64,000 nt of DNA from Camelus dromedarius (taxonomy: Eukaryota): positions 13,454,001-13,518,000 of the forward strand of contig NC_087469.1 in NCBI RefSeq assembly GCF_036321535.1, read 5' to 3'. Shown one piece after another: positions 50,650-63,600 of the stretch. The translations under genes and the position numbers were made by a program. How positions within the stretch are numbered: the stretch's first letter is position 1; every line of letters begins with the position of its first letter. Under the pieces are notes generated by a model. That model was not told the origin of the DNA. It made no database searches and saw nothing but the letters and a program-made list of their open reading frames with translations.

Positions 50650-51270
50650 AGTGCACTATGGGAGGCCAGTAGGAACCATTCAAGATTTTTATTTCTTTTT
50701 TACAGGATTGAAATCATCTACATGCACGCTTGGAAAGATTAATACAGCAAAGGCTGGCAGAATGGACTGGTATAAAAGAGACTGAAGGCAGGGTGAGCTG
50801 CAAGAGGTAATTACAATAGTCAATGGATGATAAAAGTGTCCTTAATCAAAAGTGCTACTGTGAGTAATTTCAAGAAATACATAGAAGAGACACTGAAAAG
50901 AAAGATTCATCAGAACTTCTCACAAAGTAGACAGAAATAGACCAAAAAAAATTTCCCAAAGATACTAGCCTAGGTGTTTGGTTACATTATGGGGTTACTA
51001 AAAACAGAGAACTCAGAAAGAACAGAAATAATCATAAACATTCTGCGTTCAGTTTTGAACATGGTGATCTTGAGTCGCCAGCTGAACAACCAAGCAGAAG
51101 TACACAATCTAAGTAAAGCGAAGTAATGCTCAAGAAGAAGACCTGGGTCTGAGAAAAGATTTGGGGATTATTCCAATAGAAGGCAAAGCCATGGAATCAG
51201 GCAGATTCAACGAGAGAAAATAAAAAGAAAAAAGGTAGAGAGTCAAGAGAAATACGTGAGAAATCTTTCA
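50650..51270. mobile_element. Old L2 fragment
   Basis: …gagactgaaggcagggtg…gtaattacaatagtcaa…agttttgaacatggtgatcttgag… resemble L2 internal sequence. Confidence 0.6.
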
Positions 51271-54200
51271 TACGGGTTTTACACACAGGATAGTTGAAAA
51301 TCCAATCGTTACTAAAATGAGTCCCAATTACTATTCTCAGACCCCTCAAAATTAAAAATTACAAGGAAGGGGAGTGGTAGAAAAATACTTGAAGATACAA
51401 CAGCTGAAGACATTCACCTAAAATAAAACTGTACAGTAAATGCCCCCTGACCATGTAATCTAATTTGAGAAGAAAGTTGACTGAATAAGCCATTTAACAA
51501 CCTTCACATCTGGTATTGTTGGGCTAGGCTGCTGGATCTAACTACCCACTCAAAACAGCTAAAAATACCGCATAAAATATTCTACCATATTCTATTTTAT
51601 GAACTGGCTTGTGATTACATAAATTTTGCATTTATTAAACTGCAAATGTATGTTTTATGAACTTTTCAGGGTTATGTTACATTTGCTGGTAGAATCAGAA
51701 AAGTTGGTATATTCATTATATACCATTATAATGTAAATTATTTAAACATCAACAATATGTCTTAAATGAGATTTATGATTTTTTATTAAATAATAATCTG
51801 AAATAAAATATATTTGTAATTCTCAATGAAAATTTGTACTTGCTTCTGGAATATAATTTCTTTGTAACAGGCTTTGTGCTTGAAATAACTGTTTGCAATT
51901 CCTGATCAAGAATTTTTAATGACTATATCTCCAATAGCTGTTGTAATCATCATTAGTGAGAAATTTTGTATGTGTAAGTGATAAGAGTTTAAGTCATTTT
52001 TACCACCATTTAAAACTTTACAATTGAAATCATATGTAAGTAATGAGTTTTCTTTTATTTAAAAATTTAATGTTCAATCAATTTAGCACCAGCCTCACTT
52101 TTTCATTTCAATTATTTCAAATTAACAAAGAAGCTCTTATTTGCAGAAGGCTTGTGTATTCTTAGAGCAATCACACTGCAACTAGTTTAGATGTCACTAA
52201 AAGGATAAATTAGCTGGAGATGAACAGAAGTATCTGAAATGGGGAGACAGAGACTGAGACATCTGCTGGGAGCTATGAACATCAGAATTCCCTGCCTAGC
52301 CTGCCAGCACCACAGGTTGAGCACCTGAAACACAAACTCCTCCAGCAGCCCTATGGGACTCCTGTCCACAGTGGGCACTGCACATGGCTGCGGTAGCTGG
52401 TGTCCAGGTGGTGGAGGACGTCTTTGGTTGGGCTTCTGAAATAGAGCAGTGGATGCCTCACTTGGGTGACCATTCTTGCCTCTGGCCAAAGCATGGTACG
52501 TGCCGCCACACTGGACACATCTGCCTCTTGCCCTCCCAAGAACACCTATCTAGGACATGATCTAGGCTCTGTGCCTTTAACATGTGTTCATATGGGAATT
52601 TCACATGGATAAAACAAACTTTTTTCCCAGTTAAAATAGTATTTATGAAGTACATACAGAAGGATAATAAAGTCATATATGACACTACCCATATCTTAAA
52701 GAAATTCTCCATTTACGAGCATAATATTTCCAAGTACCCTAAAGTTGACTTGAAAATGCTTATTATATTGAAGTAATTTTTACTTCAAATTCCATAATTA
52801 TAGTAATTTTTTAAAAAACTACATTTAAGTGTTTAATCATTTCAGTTTTATGGGAATTGTGATTTTTAATTTCTTATAATGATCACTTTTGCCAGGTTGA
52901 TCAAAAGAATTTAAAGTCAATTTGTAAAATAAGCCTGTTGATTCACAGACCACTCCAGGCACTATGCTGACTCATACTGCCGCCAGGGTGTGCTGGGGAT
53001 TTGGATATCACATTGCAGGCACGTGTCATGACTGCAACTATATTTTGCAGAGACAGCATACTCCCAAAAAGTGTGTGAAACTGGTAAGTCAAGAATATAC
53101 ATGGCTTTTTATTTGCTTGGATGGGACCAACCATTCACGGAGGTGTGTCTCTCTTCCCACATTTTGTTTGCTTGGTTCTTCTACATTTTAACCTCAGATG
53201 AGCTCTCCTCATGTAGTGAAGATAGGACTTCTAGAATCTCTAGATTTAATCTTACCAATTCAGTAACTTCAATGAGAAGAGAAAAGTTTGTTAAAATAAT
53301 TTTGGCAGAAAAGACTATAGCAAAATGACTATTTCTGACTAAATCACTGTCATCAGGGTTTGGCATGTGCTGATTAGATGGGATATGCCTTGTGAGATGG
53401 GCAAGTCAGCCCAACAATATCACATAAAATGTGTTTCCTGTTTCAAATTCTAGTCAAAAAATAGCTTATTTTGAACTTCCTATAAAGGATATTTAAAAAA
53501 GAGAATTGGAGATATATACATAGAAAGGAAAAAAGAGCAAAAGATGAACCAGAGAAAAATATAAAGACAAATGAACTATATAAAATAGCTACCACTCCCA
53601 GGACTGATGGAACAGAAAGAAAGAGGAAGAAGCATAACCAGATTCTAGAATCTTGGAGGAGAAACTCTACAGAATTGGTGTTTGGGTTGGTGGAGGGCTT
53701 GGAGATGCCCCACAGCTGGTGCTTGGATGCCTGAAATCCACCAAGAGGGTGCAGCGTCCAACATGGAGAGAGACCAAGAGGAAAGCCTGACAAGTGCTTG
53801 AGCTACTCAAGGGGCAGAGTCCGGGCAATGCAGTGAGGGAGGATGGTATAGCTGGTATGGGAGTGCTGTCCAGCTACTGACTATACAACTAAGGGGGTGC
53901 AGTAAGTTAGGCACATTTCCATGTGCTTGTTGGCCATTTGCACATGTTCCTTTGGGATATGTCTTTCAAATGACATGCCAGTACAAGAAATGGTCTTTTT
54001 ATCAGAGATACATTTTAACTAAGAATATAGTGTTATATATATATTCTGGAAACTGTATCTTTATCAAATCTATGTATTGCAAATATTCTTCTAGTCTGTG
54101 GCTTGCCTATAAATATTTTTTGATAACTAGATGTTCTAATTCAAATGTTCATTTTATTTTTTTCCTTCTTTTAGTGCTTTCTAGAATATGTCTAAGAAAT

Positions 54201-55857
54201 CTGTGCCTATACCAATATACGTTTCTGTTTTCTTCTAGAAGATTTATACTTAAGCATTAAGTGTATGGTTTTGATCTCCATTTAAAATTAATTTTTGTGT
54301 ATGATGTGAAGTAGAAATCAAAGTTCACTGTTTCCCTCATGAACACATAGTACTTCCAGCATCAATTGCTTAGAAGATTTTTCTTTACCTATAGATTTAC
54401 TTAGTTGTTCAGTCAAAAATCAATTAACTGTAAAAGTGAGGATCTGTTTCTGAATATTCTGTCGTGCCCCATGGATTTATCTGTCTGTATTTATAACAAA
54501 ACTAACCAGTCTTGATTACCATATCCTGCAACTAAGTTATAAAATCAGTTAGTGTAAATCCTCTGCATCATTTAGAGTTCCCCAAGAAACAAATGCTAAG
54601 AAATGCTTAGATTTCCAAGACATTTATTGCGGTAAGTGTCTGTAAAGGATAAAATGGGAGGAAGTGGAGGTCAGTGGAAAACGCTTCAGACCAGGATGAA
54701 TGTGTGATACCTACAAAAGGAAAGCGAGAAGGAAGGATTGGGTAAGAAAATCTTAAGACCACAGTGCAGTTCAAAAAGTCTATTAGGATGACAGGAAGTC
54801 CCCAGGCAAAGATCACCTATCAGAAGACTCATGTTACACAGAAACTGATGAGTTCCGGTATGACCCACTGTGCTAAGCCACTGGCTGAGGACATCTCAGA
54901 GTAAGCATGGGCTCTGCCTGAACACCATGGTGGATCCAAAGGAGTATCAGCTAGAGACAGTCAGTGATGCTCCCACAGCTGGTTCTACTGAAGGGGAGTT
55001 AACAGCACCTCTCTATGGCTGCTACATGCCACTCCCCAAAAGAAATTATACCCCAAAGTTCTTTCGGATTATTTGTTATTGCTATTTATTATTATATTTT
55101 ATTAATCATCCCTTATAACATTAAATGTATTACTACTTTTCAAACAAGGGGATCCAATACGAGAAGTTTTTGACCTAACGCTATATTTGATACTCCAAAT
55201 ATATGAATGGGAAATGCACTGGAGAAATGGGGAAATTATAGGGAAGAGCATCTAGGTAAATATATTTATTATCTTATTGGTGAGGCAACTTTTAAGTAAT
55301 TTCACAAAATGCTGTTGATAGGAATATGGTTTATTGTCTTAACATGCACCTGTTTTTCATGATACATCACTGGAGAAGTAAAACATGGCTAAGATGTTTC
55401 TCCTAACCAAATGTGTAGTATTTTCCTTAAGCAATAAAAAACAAAATTTACAATAAGAATTATATGCTTCTTTCAAAACATTTGGTGTCATTTTAGATAG
55501 TAATGGATGCAGTTGTATAATAAACCACCCATCATGCTTATTGAGTCCTGAGATATGTATGTATTATTCCTCTAACCACCCTCTCTTAATGCTGTGTTGG
55601 CAATAAATGGTGGGCTTTTATGTGTTCTCTTGAATATTAAATGCATTTGGCTGAAAGAGGCTCTCAGAAGCAGGTGTCATGTAAAACAGATTTTGCCATT
55701 TTCAAAGGGAGTAAGAAAAGTAAGAATAATAAAAAGTAGTATGAAAAACAGAAAAGACAACATTAGGAGGATCTGAGCCTACTGCAAGCTGTCTACGCAA
55801 TTTGCAATGAAGACATTTCTTTGAATCCTCCTTGTGTATACCAGTAACAATATTGTT

Positions 55858-57112
55858 TAAAGACATTATAAACCTCTTAGAAGAAAACAGGCAAAACATC
55901 ATCTGATATAAATCTCAGCAATGTTCTCCTAGGGAAGTCTNNNNNNNNNNNNNNNNNNNNNNNNNNNNNNNNNNNNNNNNNNNNNNNNNNNNNNNNNNNN
56001 NNNNNNNNNNNNNNNNNNNNNNNNNNNNNNNNNNNNNNNNNNNNNNNNNNNNNNNNNNNNNNNNNNNNNNNNNNNNNNNNNNNNNGGGCTTAATTTCCAG
56101 AATATATAAACAACTCATACAACTATAAAGGAAAAAACAAACACCCCAATCCAAAAATAGGCGGAAGACCTAAACAAGAAATTTTCCAGTGAAGACATAC
56201 AAATGCCCAATAGGCACATAAAAAAATGCTCAATATTGCTAGTTATCAGAGAAATACAAATCAAAACTACAATGGGGTATCACCTCACACCAGTCAGAAT
56301 GGCCATCATTCAAAAGTCCACAAAGGATAAATGCTGGAGAGGGTGTGGATAAAAGGGAATCCTCCTACACTGTTTGTGGAAATGTAGTTTGGCAGAGCTG
56401 TTATGGAAAACAGTATGGAGATTCCTCAAAAGACTAAAAACAGACTTACCAGATGATCCAGCAATCCCACTCCTGGGCATATATCCAGAGGGAACTTTAA
56501 TTTGAAAAAATGCATGCACCCCAGTGTTCATAGCAGCATTATTTACAATAGCCAAGACATGGAAACAACCTAAATGTCCATCAACAGATAGCTGGATAAA
56601 GAAGTGGTGGTACATTTATACAATGGAATATTACTCAGCCATAAAATATAATAAAGCAATGACATTTGCAGCAACATGGATGGACCTGGAGATTGTCATT
56701 CTAAGTGAAGTAGGCCAGAAAAAGAAAGAAAAATACCATATAATACCACTTATATGAGGAATCTTAAAAAAAAAAAACAGGCAAACGAACTTATCTGCAA
56801 AACAGAAACTGACTCACAGACATAGAGAACAAACTTGTGGTTACCAGGGGAGGAGGGGGGTGGGAGGTGATAAATTAGAGTTTCATATTTCTAGATATTA
56901 ACTGATAAATACAGAGTAAACGAGTTTCTACTTACTGTATAGTGCAGGGAACTATATTTGATATCTTGTAGTAGCTTACAGTGAAAAAGAATATGAAAAT
57001 TAATATATGTATATTCATGTATGACTGAAGCACTGTGCTGTACACCAGAAATTGACACCACATTGTAAACTGACTATACTTAAATAAAAATACATTTATA
57101 CCAAAAAAAAAA
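55858..57112 (+). mobile_element. 5'-truncated L1 (ORF2 C-terminus, 3'UTR, A-tail), in block Y copy B only
   Basis: ORF2 C-terminal motifs ([19 protein letters not shown]) and an A-tail at about 57103-57114. Masked N run at 55941-56085. No TSD seen. Confidence 0.9.
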
Positions 57113-57499
57113 AACCACAGAGAGAATTCTTTTCCAGTATTTGGCACTTTTGTATCTAGATCAGCAAGTTCTAATTTTAACTTCATGTACTTACAAAATT
57201 CAACATATTTGTCCTGATTAGGAATAGCCCAGGAGACAAAAAAGGAGTATGAAAAAAATCAGTTCATATTTCCTTTTATAAAAATGCTATTAGTATTTAG
57301 TAAACTGTTACAAGGTGCAAGAGATAGAGGAAAAAAATGAGACAAGATTGGCTATAAGGGAAATGATGACACAAATCCATTATACCACACATAATACAAT
57401 CTGTAGAAGCAACATGGTTATGAATGAATTCTCACCTTGAAAATCATTAATAAAAATTAAGTACAAAATTGAATGTCTTTACATTATTGCTGTTTCTAA

Positions 57500-58444
57500 T
57501 TAGAACATGTTTCTCCTCTGGATTTTAAACAGGGATTTCTTCAGTGCAACTTTGACATCCCTGTTCCTCAAACTGTAGATCAGGGGATTGAGCATGGGTC
57601 CCACATTAGTATAGAAAACAGAAGAAACTTTTCCCTGCTCCATAGATCCAGGAGAAGAATATTTAAGATACATAAATGCTGCTGAACCAAAAAAAAGGGA
57701 AAGAGCAATGACGTGGGAGCTACAGGTACTGAAAGCTTTTGATCTTCCTTGAGCAGATCTGATGTGAAGAATGCTAGTGAGGATGAAGATGTAAGAAACC
57801 AGGATGGTGACACTGGGTACCGCAATATTAATACTTACCACAATAAGAACTACTAACTCGTTGACATAAGTGCTGGTGCAAGAGAGTTGGAGGAGTGGGA
57901 GGATGTCACACAAGTAATGGTTGATGATATTAACATTGCAGAAGGTTAGTCTGAGCATGCACCCGGTGTGGGCAGAGGCTCCGGCAAATCCCATCACATA
58001 TGCAGCCAGAGACAGCACCACACAGACCCGACGGGACATGGTGACCTTATACAGCAACGGATTACAGATGGCCACATAGCGATCATAGGCCATTGAGGTC
58101 AACATATAACATTCAGAGATGACAAAAAAGAGAAAGAACAACAGCTGAGTCATGCACCCAACATAGGAGATGATATTCTTCATGGACACAAAGTTCATCA
58201 GCATCTTGGGGGTGAAAACAGATGAGTAACAGAGATCAACGAAGGACAAGTTGAAGAGGAAATAGTACATGGGGGTGTGGAGGTGAGAATTTAGACCAAT
58301 AAGAATGATCAAGCCAAGATTGCCCACCAAGGTGACAATGTAGATCATCAGAAACAAGCAAAAGAGGGGTTGCTGGAGCTCTGGACGGTCTGTTAACCCG
58401 GCAAGAATAAATTCAGTCACTAAGGAGTCATTTCTAGCCAGCAT
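57500..58444 (-). CDS. OR8B3: Olfactory receptor OR8B2/OR8B3-like, copy B, 314 aa (likely start at 58444)
   Basis: Same as copy A. The C-terminal [11 protein letters not shown]…KIQRRNMF is closer to the human OR8B3 sequence as recalled. Confidence 0.93.
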   Translation of the reverse strand: MLARNDSLVTEFILAGLTDRPELQQPLFCLFLMIYIVTLVGNLGLIILIGLNSHLHTPMYYFLFNLSFVDLCYSSVFTPKMLMNFVSMKNIISYVGCMTQLLFFLFFVISECYMLTSMAYDRYVAICNPLLYKVTMSRRVCVVLSLAAYVMGFAGASAHTGCMLRLTFCNVNIINHYLCDILPLLQLSCTSTYVNELVVLIVVSINIAVPSVTILVSYIFILTSILHIRSAQGRSKAFSTCSSHVIALSLFFGSAAFMYLKYSSPGSMEQGKVSSVFYTNVGPMLNPLIYSLRNRDVKVALKKSLFKIQRRNMF

Positions 58445-60699
58445 TCTCAACTTCGGAAATCTGTGAGAACAGAAGACAACTCCATTAATAGGAACACAGC
58501 TCTGTCCTGACAAACTGTCTTTTATATGAGCGTTATGAGAAACAGACTCAGACTGGCAGAAATCACAGAAGTCCTCCTTTGCTTCATAGGGTCTGAAGGT
58601 ACTGCCACACACACCCCTCAGCACTGAAATCACTGCCTTTGGTTGCGTGAGCTGCGTGTTACAAAGAACTGCTCTATCTTTACCAGAAGACAGAGGGGCG
58701 GAGCCGACGAGGAACGAGCCTACCTAATGGTGAGCTTCAGGAGTGGGGATGCATCCCTGTCTCTCCCTCCTGTTCATCTGATCCCTCACTTCCTAGTTCC
58801 TGGTCATGTTTCCATTACCCTACGAGATAAACCTAAACCTATCCTGAAAGAAATACTGAAAGGTCTTCTCTAAATAAAAAGCAGGAATCTACAGAGCAGA
58901 GAAAACCACAATTGGAAATGCAGTAACTACAATAAACAGCAAGAGAATAAACATGAAGATGCAAAAGGGGACATCAGAATCAAAATGTGGGAGAGGGGAA
59001 GCAAGAAAATGGAGATTTTTAAAATTCTTTTTAGCATTTTGAGTCTATATCCTTACCAGCCTAAAGCAAATAAATACAGTAATGGGTTAACATACTTGAA
59101 AAACAGGGTATCCATCACCCTACTAGATACCTCAGTTCCCCTGTGATGACCTACAACAAAAGAGAGGATTTCTATGAGGCAGAGACCCATATACATATTT
59201 GCTGCCAGGAAGTCTCTCACAGTCTATAAGGTTTTCAGATGCTTAACTACAAGAATCCAGGAAGTCAATGATCAGTAACAGGTACTGAGGTGAACCCTTG
59301 GACCCTAAGCTTTGTACTTAATCGTACATTCCAGTGTTTCCACACATTCTCCTCCTCCCTTCCATCCTAGCTGGACAGAGAATGAATAAAGGAAGGTGGG
59401 TGTGCTTTCCTTGGTTTTGTAGGACAGCATGGAAGAGAAACGTAATTAATTTAACTGCTGATTTAGTTAGTTGTTATGTTTGTGGAAATATGCCAAGCTG
59501 TACACTTATTACGTATGTCAAGTTTTCTATATGTATATTTCAACTAAGAAATTCTTAGAAACTGATTTCTTCTTCTTCTGACGTTGCTATGTTCTGGGTT
59601 TGTCACTTGGAACTGCTACCGTTCTCCTGCTACCAGAATGAGGATGCAGCCAACACAGAGGGTGTGCTGAGAACAATGCAGGCAGTCGCGTCAGAGCTCC
59701 AGACTTCGGAGTTTCTTGTTTTTCAGTATCAATCCTTTCCCTCATTTTTCAGCAACAGAGAGACAAAAACAGACACTTGGCTAACTCACTCTGTTTCCAC
59801 TGAGGAGACTCAGTCCTGGCCCTGTAGGCGTGTTTCACCTCCACTGTCCTGGAATAAGAACGGACTTTGCAGATATCAAAGCTGAGCAGATGTAGTCACA
59901 GAGTCTTCTCCCTTTATTGGTAAAAGAATCATAGCCCAGATACCACAGTCTGAATCATAGCAGTCAGTCTATGGTTCAGAGTAATCTTGTGGTTATAAAT
60001 TTATTAAGAGACTGTGAAGGGAAACCACAGACTTGGTATCTGAGCCACCGTGTCACACAGCACATGGCATCTGCTAAAGGCTTATAATTCTTCTGGACCT
60101 GATTAGAAATCCAGGTGTAGCTGTCCCCCTAGGATCTTCCCCTCATGGTAAGCTTTTCAGGGAAGAGCAGAGGGTGCGCATTTACACTATAATTGTGACA
60201 GTAAATGTTAATTTTCCATCAGAGATTATATATCCCCCAGAGCATAGAAGAAAGGATTCTCTCCTGTCCCTCATAAAGATGCAAATAATTAATGTCATTG
60301 AAAATTCACTAATTATAAATCTAGGTTAACATTATTTTTAAGAATTTAAGTTCATAAATATATATGAACATTTCAGAAAAGTTTACTTACTATGGCCCTT
60401 TAAAATATTTGAGTCCCTTTAATCAGTTTTTATACAAATTTTACAGACAAAAATCAAAGGATCTTTTTATTTGATTTCAGAGATGATTGCCTAATAAAAC
60501 ATCTACTGGTAGAATAATTCCATGGAAATGGAATTACCTTAGGCCGTTCTGATGCTGTATGTATTTGCTTTTTATAGATTAAAATCAAATCTATAAGAAA
60601 AATCACTGTTAATCAGCTTCCATTACAAAGAAACATGACTTTATAATTTCCATGTATGTGTTAACTTATAATCACGCTTGTGAGAAGTCGAATTTTTAA

Positions 60700-63600
60700 A
60701 ATTTTCAAATTATTATAGATTCACAGGAAATTTCAAAACTTAGGGATAGAGTCCCTTGAAATCCACCCAGCCTCTTACCACGGTGACATGTTCTACAACC
60801 GCAGAACAGCAGCAACACCAGGAATTTGACGTTGGTATAAGGTTAACAGGGTATGGGACTACAGATGTTATTCAGCATTAGGTAATTCTGCACGCAGCAT
60901 GTGTTTGTGTTGTGTGTATGATCCTTTTAATGTGCTGTTGGATTGGTTTGTGAGATTTCCGTTGAGAATTTTTGCATCTATGTTTATCAGAGATACTGGC
61001 CTGTAGTTTTCAGTTCTCACCGTCTTTACCTGACATTGTTGTGAAGGCAATTCTGGTTGTAACTGAGTTTGATGGTGTTCCCTTTCTTCAATTGTTGGAA
61101 GCATTTTAGAAGTTTTGGTCTTACTCTTGCTTAAATGTTTGGTACAATTCACAAGTNNNNNNNNNNNNNNNNNNNNNNNNNNNNNNNNNNNNNNNNNNNN
61201 NNNNNNNNNNNNNNNNNNNNNNNNNNNNNNNNNNNNNNNNNNNNNNNNNNNNNNNNNNNNNNNNNNNNNNNNNNNNNNNNNNNNNNNNNNNNNNNNNNNN
61301 NNNNNNNNNNNNNNNNNNNNNNNNNNNNNNNNNNNNNNNNNTCATAGTAGTCTTACGATCTTTGGTACTACTGTGGTATCAGCTGTAATGTTTCCTCTTC
61401 GTCATATCATTACCGTCTTTGTTTCATGCTATAGCTGTCGAGTTAAAGTTAATTTTGTCTGATATAAGTATAGTTACTGTTACTGTTTTTTGGTTTCCAC
61501 TTGTATAGAATATCTTTTTCACATCCCCACTTTCAGTCTATGTGCTAAAGCTAAAGTAAGTCTCTTGCGTGCAGCAGGCAACTAGGTCTCTTTTTCGTTC
61601 TGTTTTAATCCATTCAGCCACTCTATGCCTTTTGACTGAAGAATTTAAACCAATTACGTTTACAGTGATGATTGATAGGTAACGACTTACTAATGCCATC
61701 TTAATTGCTCTCTGGCTGTTTTATAATTCCCTTGTTCTTTTTTTCCTCTCTTGGTGTCTTCTTTTGTGACTTGATGAATTTCTCTAATGTTATGTTCCTA
61801 TTCTCTTCTCTTTATCTTTTTGTATCTAATGTAGGCTTTTGCTTTGTGATTACCATGAGACTTACATAAAGTATTTCGCAGGTATAACACTATCTTAAGG
61901 TGATAACAGCTTAACTGTGATCACATACAAAAATATTACCCTTTTCCTCCCTCATTCTGATGTCACAATTTACCTCATTGCATGTTATGTATCCATTAGC
62001 AAATTATTGTAGCTATAGTTATTTTTAATAGTTTTGTCCTTTAACTTTTTCTTGAGTTGAGTGGTTAACACACCACCATCTTACATAGTATTGTATTCTG
62101 AAATTGACTAGATTTTTTTACTTACCAGTGTATTGTATATTTTATGTTCCATGTTACTAATTAGTATTCTTTTGTTTCAGCTTGAAGAGCTGCTTTCAGC
62201 ATCTCTTTTACAGCAGGTCTAGTGCTGATTAATTCCCTCAACTTGTGTTTGTTTGGTAAAGTTTTATCTCACCTTCATTTTTTTTAACACTTTTTATTGA
62301 GTTATAATCATTTATTGAGTATATAATCATATAATAATTTTATTGAGTTATCATATAATCATTGTCAAATTCCAGTGAAGAGCACAATTTTTCAGTTATA
62401 CATGAACACATATATATTCGCTGTCACATTTTTTTCTCTGTGAGCTACCATAAGATCTTGTATACATTTCCCTGTGCTATACAGTATAATCTTGTTTATC
62501 TATTCCACATTTTGAAATCCCAGTTGTGTCCCTTCCCACCCCCCGCCCCCTTGGCAACCACAAGTTTGTATTCTATGTCTATGAGTGTGTTTCTGATTTG
62601 TATTTATGTTCATCACCTTCATTTCTGAAAGACAACTCTGCTGGTAAAAGTATTTTTGGTTAGCAGGGCAGTTTTTCCCTTCAGCACTTGGAGTATATTA
62701 TTTCACTCCCTTCCTGGGCTACAAGGTTTCTCCTGAGAAATCTGCTGATAGTCTAGTGGGGGGTTCCCTTGCAACTGAAGATTATTTTTCCTTTGGCTGC
62801 TCTTAAATTCTTTGATTTTAGACAGCTTAATTACAGTGTGTCTTGGAGAAGATTGTTTTGAGTTGTGATACTGGGTAACCTTTTAACTTCATGAAGCTGG
62901 ATTCCAAAAATCTCCCCAGATTTGGGATGTTCTTAGCCATTACTCTTCTAAATAAGCTTTCTGCCCCTTTCTCCATCTTTCTCCTGCTGGGAAATAATGC
63001 CTACAATGTTTCTCTTAATGATATCCCATAGTAGGCTTATTCATGCTTTTTAAAAAATTTTTTTTCTGGTTCTCTTCTAACTGAATAATTTCAAATGTCC
63101 AGTCTTCTACTTCACAGACTCATCCTTCTGCTTGATCTAACCTGATGCCAATGGTCTCTATCACATTTTTTTTTCATTTCATTCATTGTATTCTTTAGCT
63201 CCAAATTTCTATTTGGTTCTTTTTTATTTCTCTCTATTAAGCATCTCATTTTGTTTCTGTTTTGTTTTCATGATTTCTTTGAACCATCTTTCTGTGTTTT
63301 CTTGTAGCTTGCTGAGCTCCCATAAAATAGCTATTTTAAATTCTTATCAGGCAAATCACAGACCTCCATTTCTTTGGGGTCAGTTTCTGGAAAATTATTG
63401 TGTTCCTTTGGTGGTGTCACATTACACTGATTTTTCAAATTCCTTGAAGACTCTGTTGTTGTCTTCGTATCTGAAGAAGTAGTCATTGCCTCTAGTCTTT
63501 CTGACTGGCTTCAGGAGAGAATTACCTTCTGTCAGTCCTGCTAGTAATTCTGGCACTTTCTGATCTTCTCTAGGTGACATCTGCTCTACATTTCTTGTTC
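60700..63600 (-). mobile_element. Old L1M (ORF2 5' part to ORF1), interrupted by a young L1 tail
   Basis: Continuous degenerate antisense L1. Masked N run at 61157-61341. Confidence 0.8.
62281..62612 (-). mobile_element. Young L1 3' end with 12-bp TSD
   Basis: TSD tcaccttcattt at 62269-62280 and 62613-62624; same family as 26755-27155. Confidence 0.88.

Noticed and set aside
51910-51922. GAATTTTTAATGA, resembling the H/P-element 13-mer AACTTTTTAATGA
   Set aside because: It matches 11 of 13 positions in very AT-rich DNA and is not conserved in the paralogous block X.
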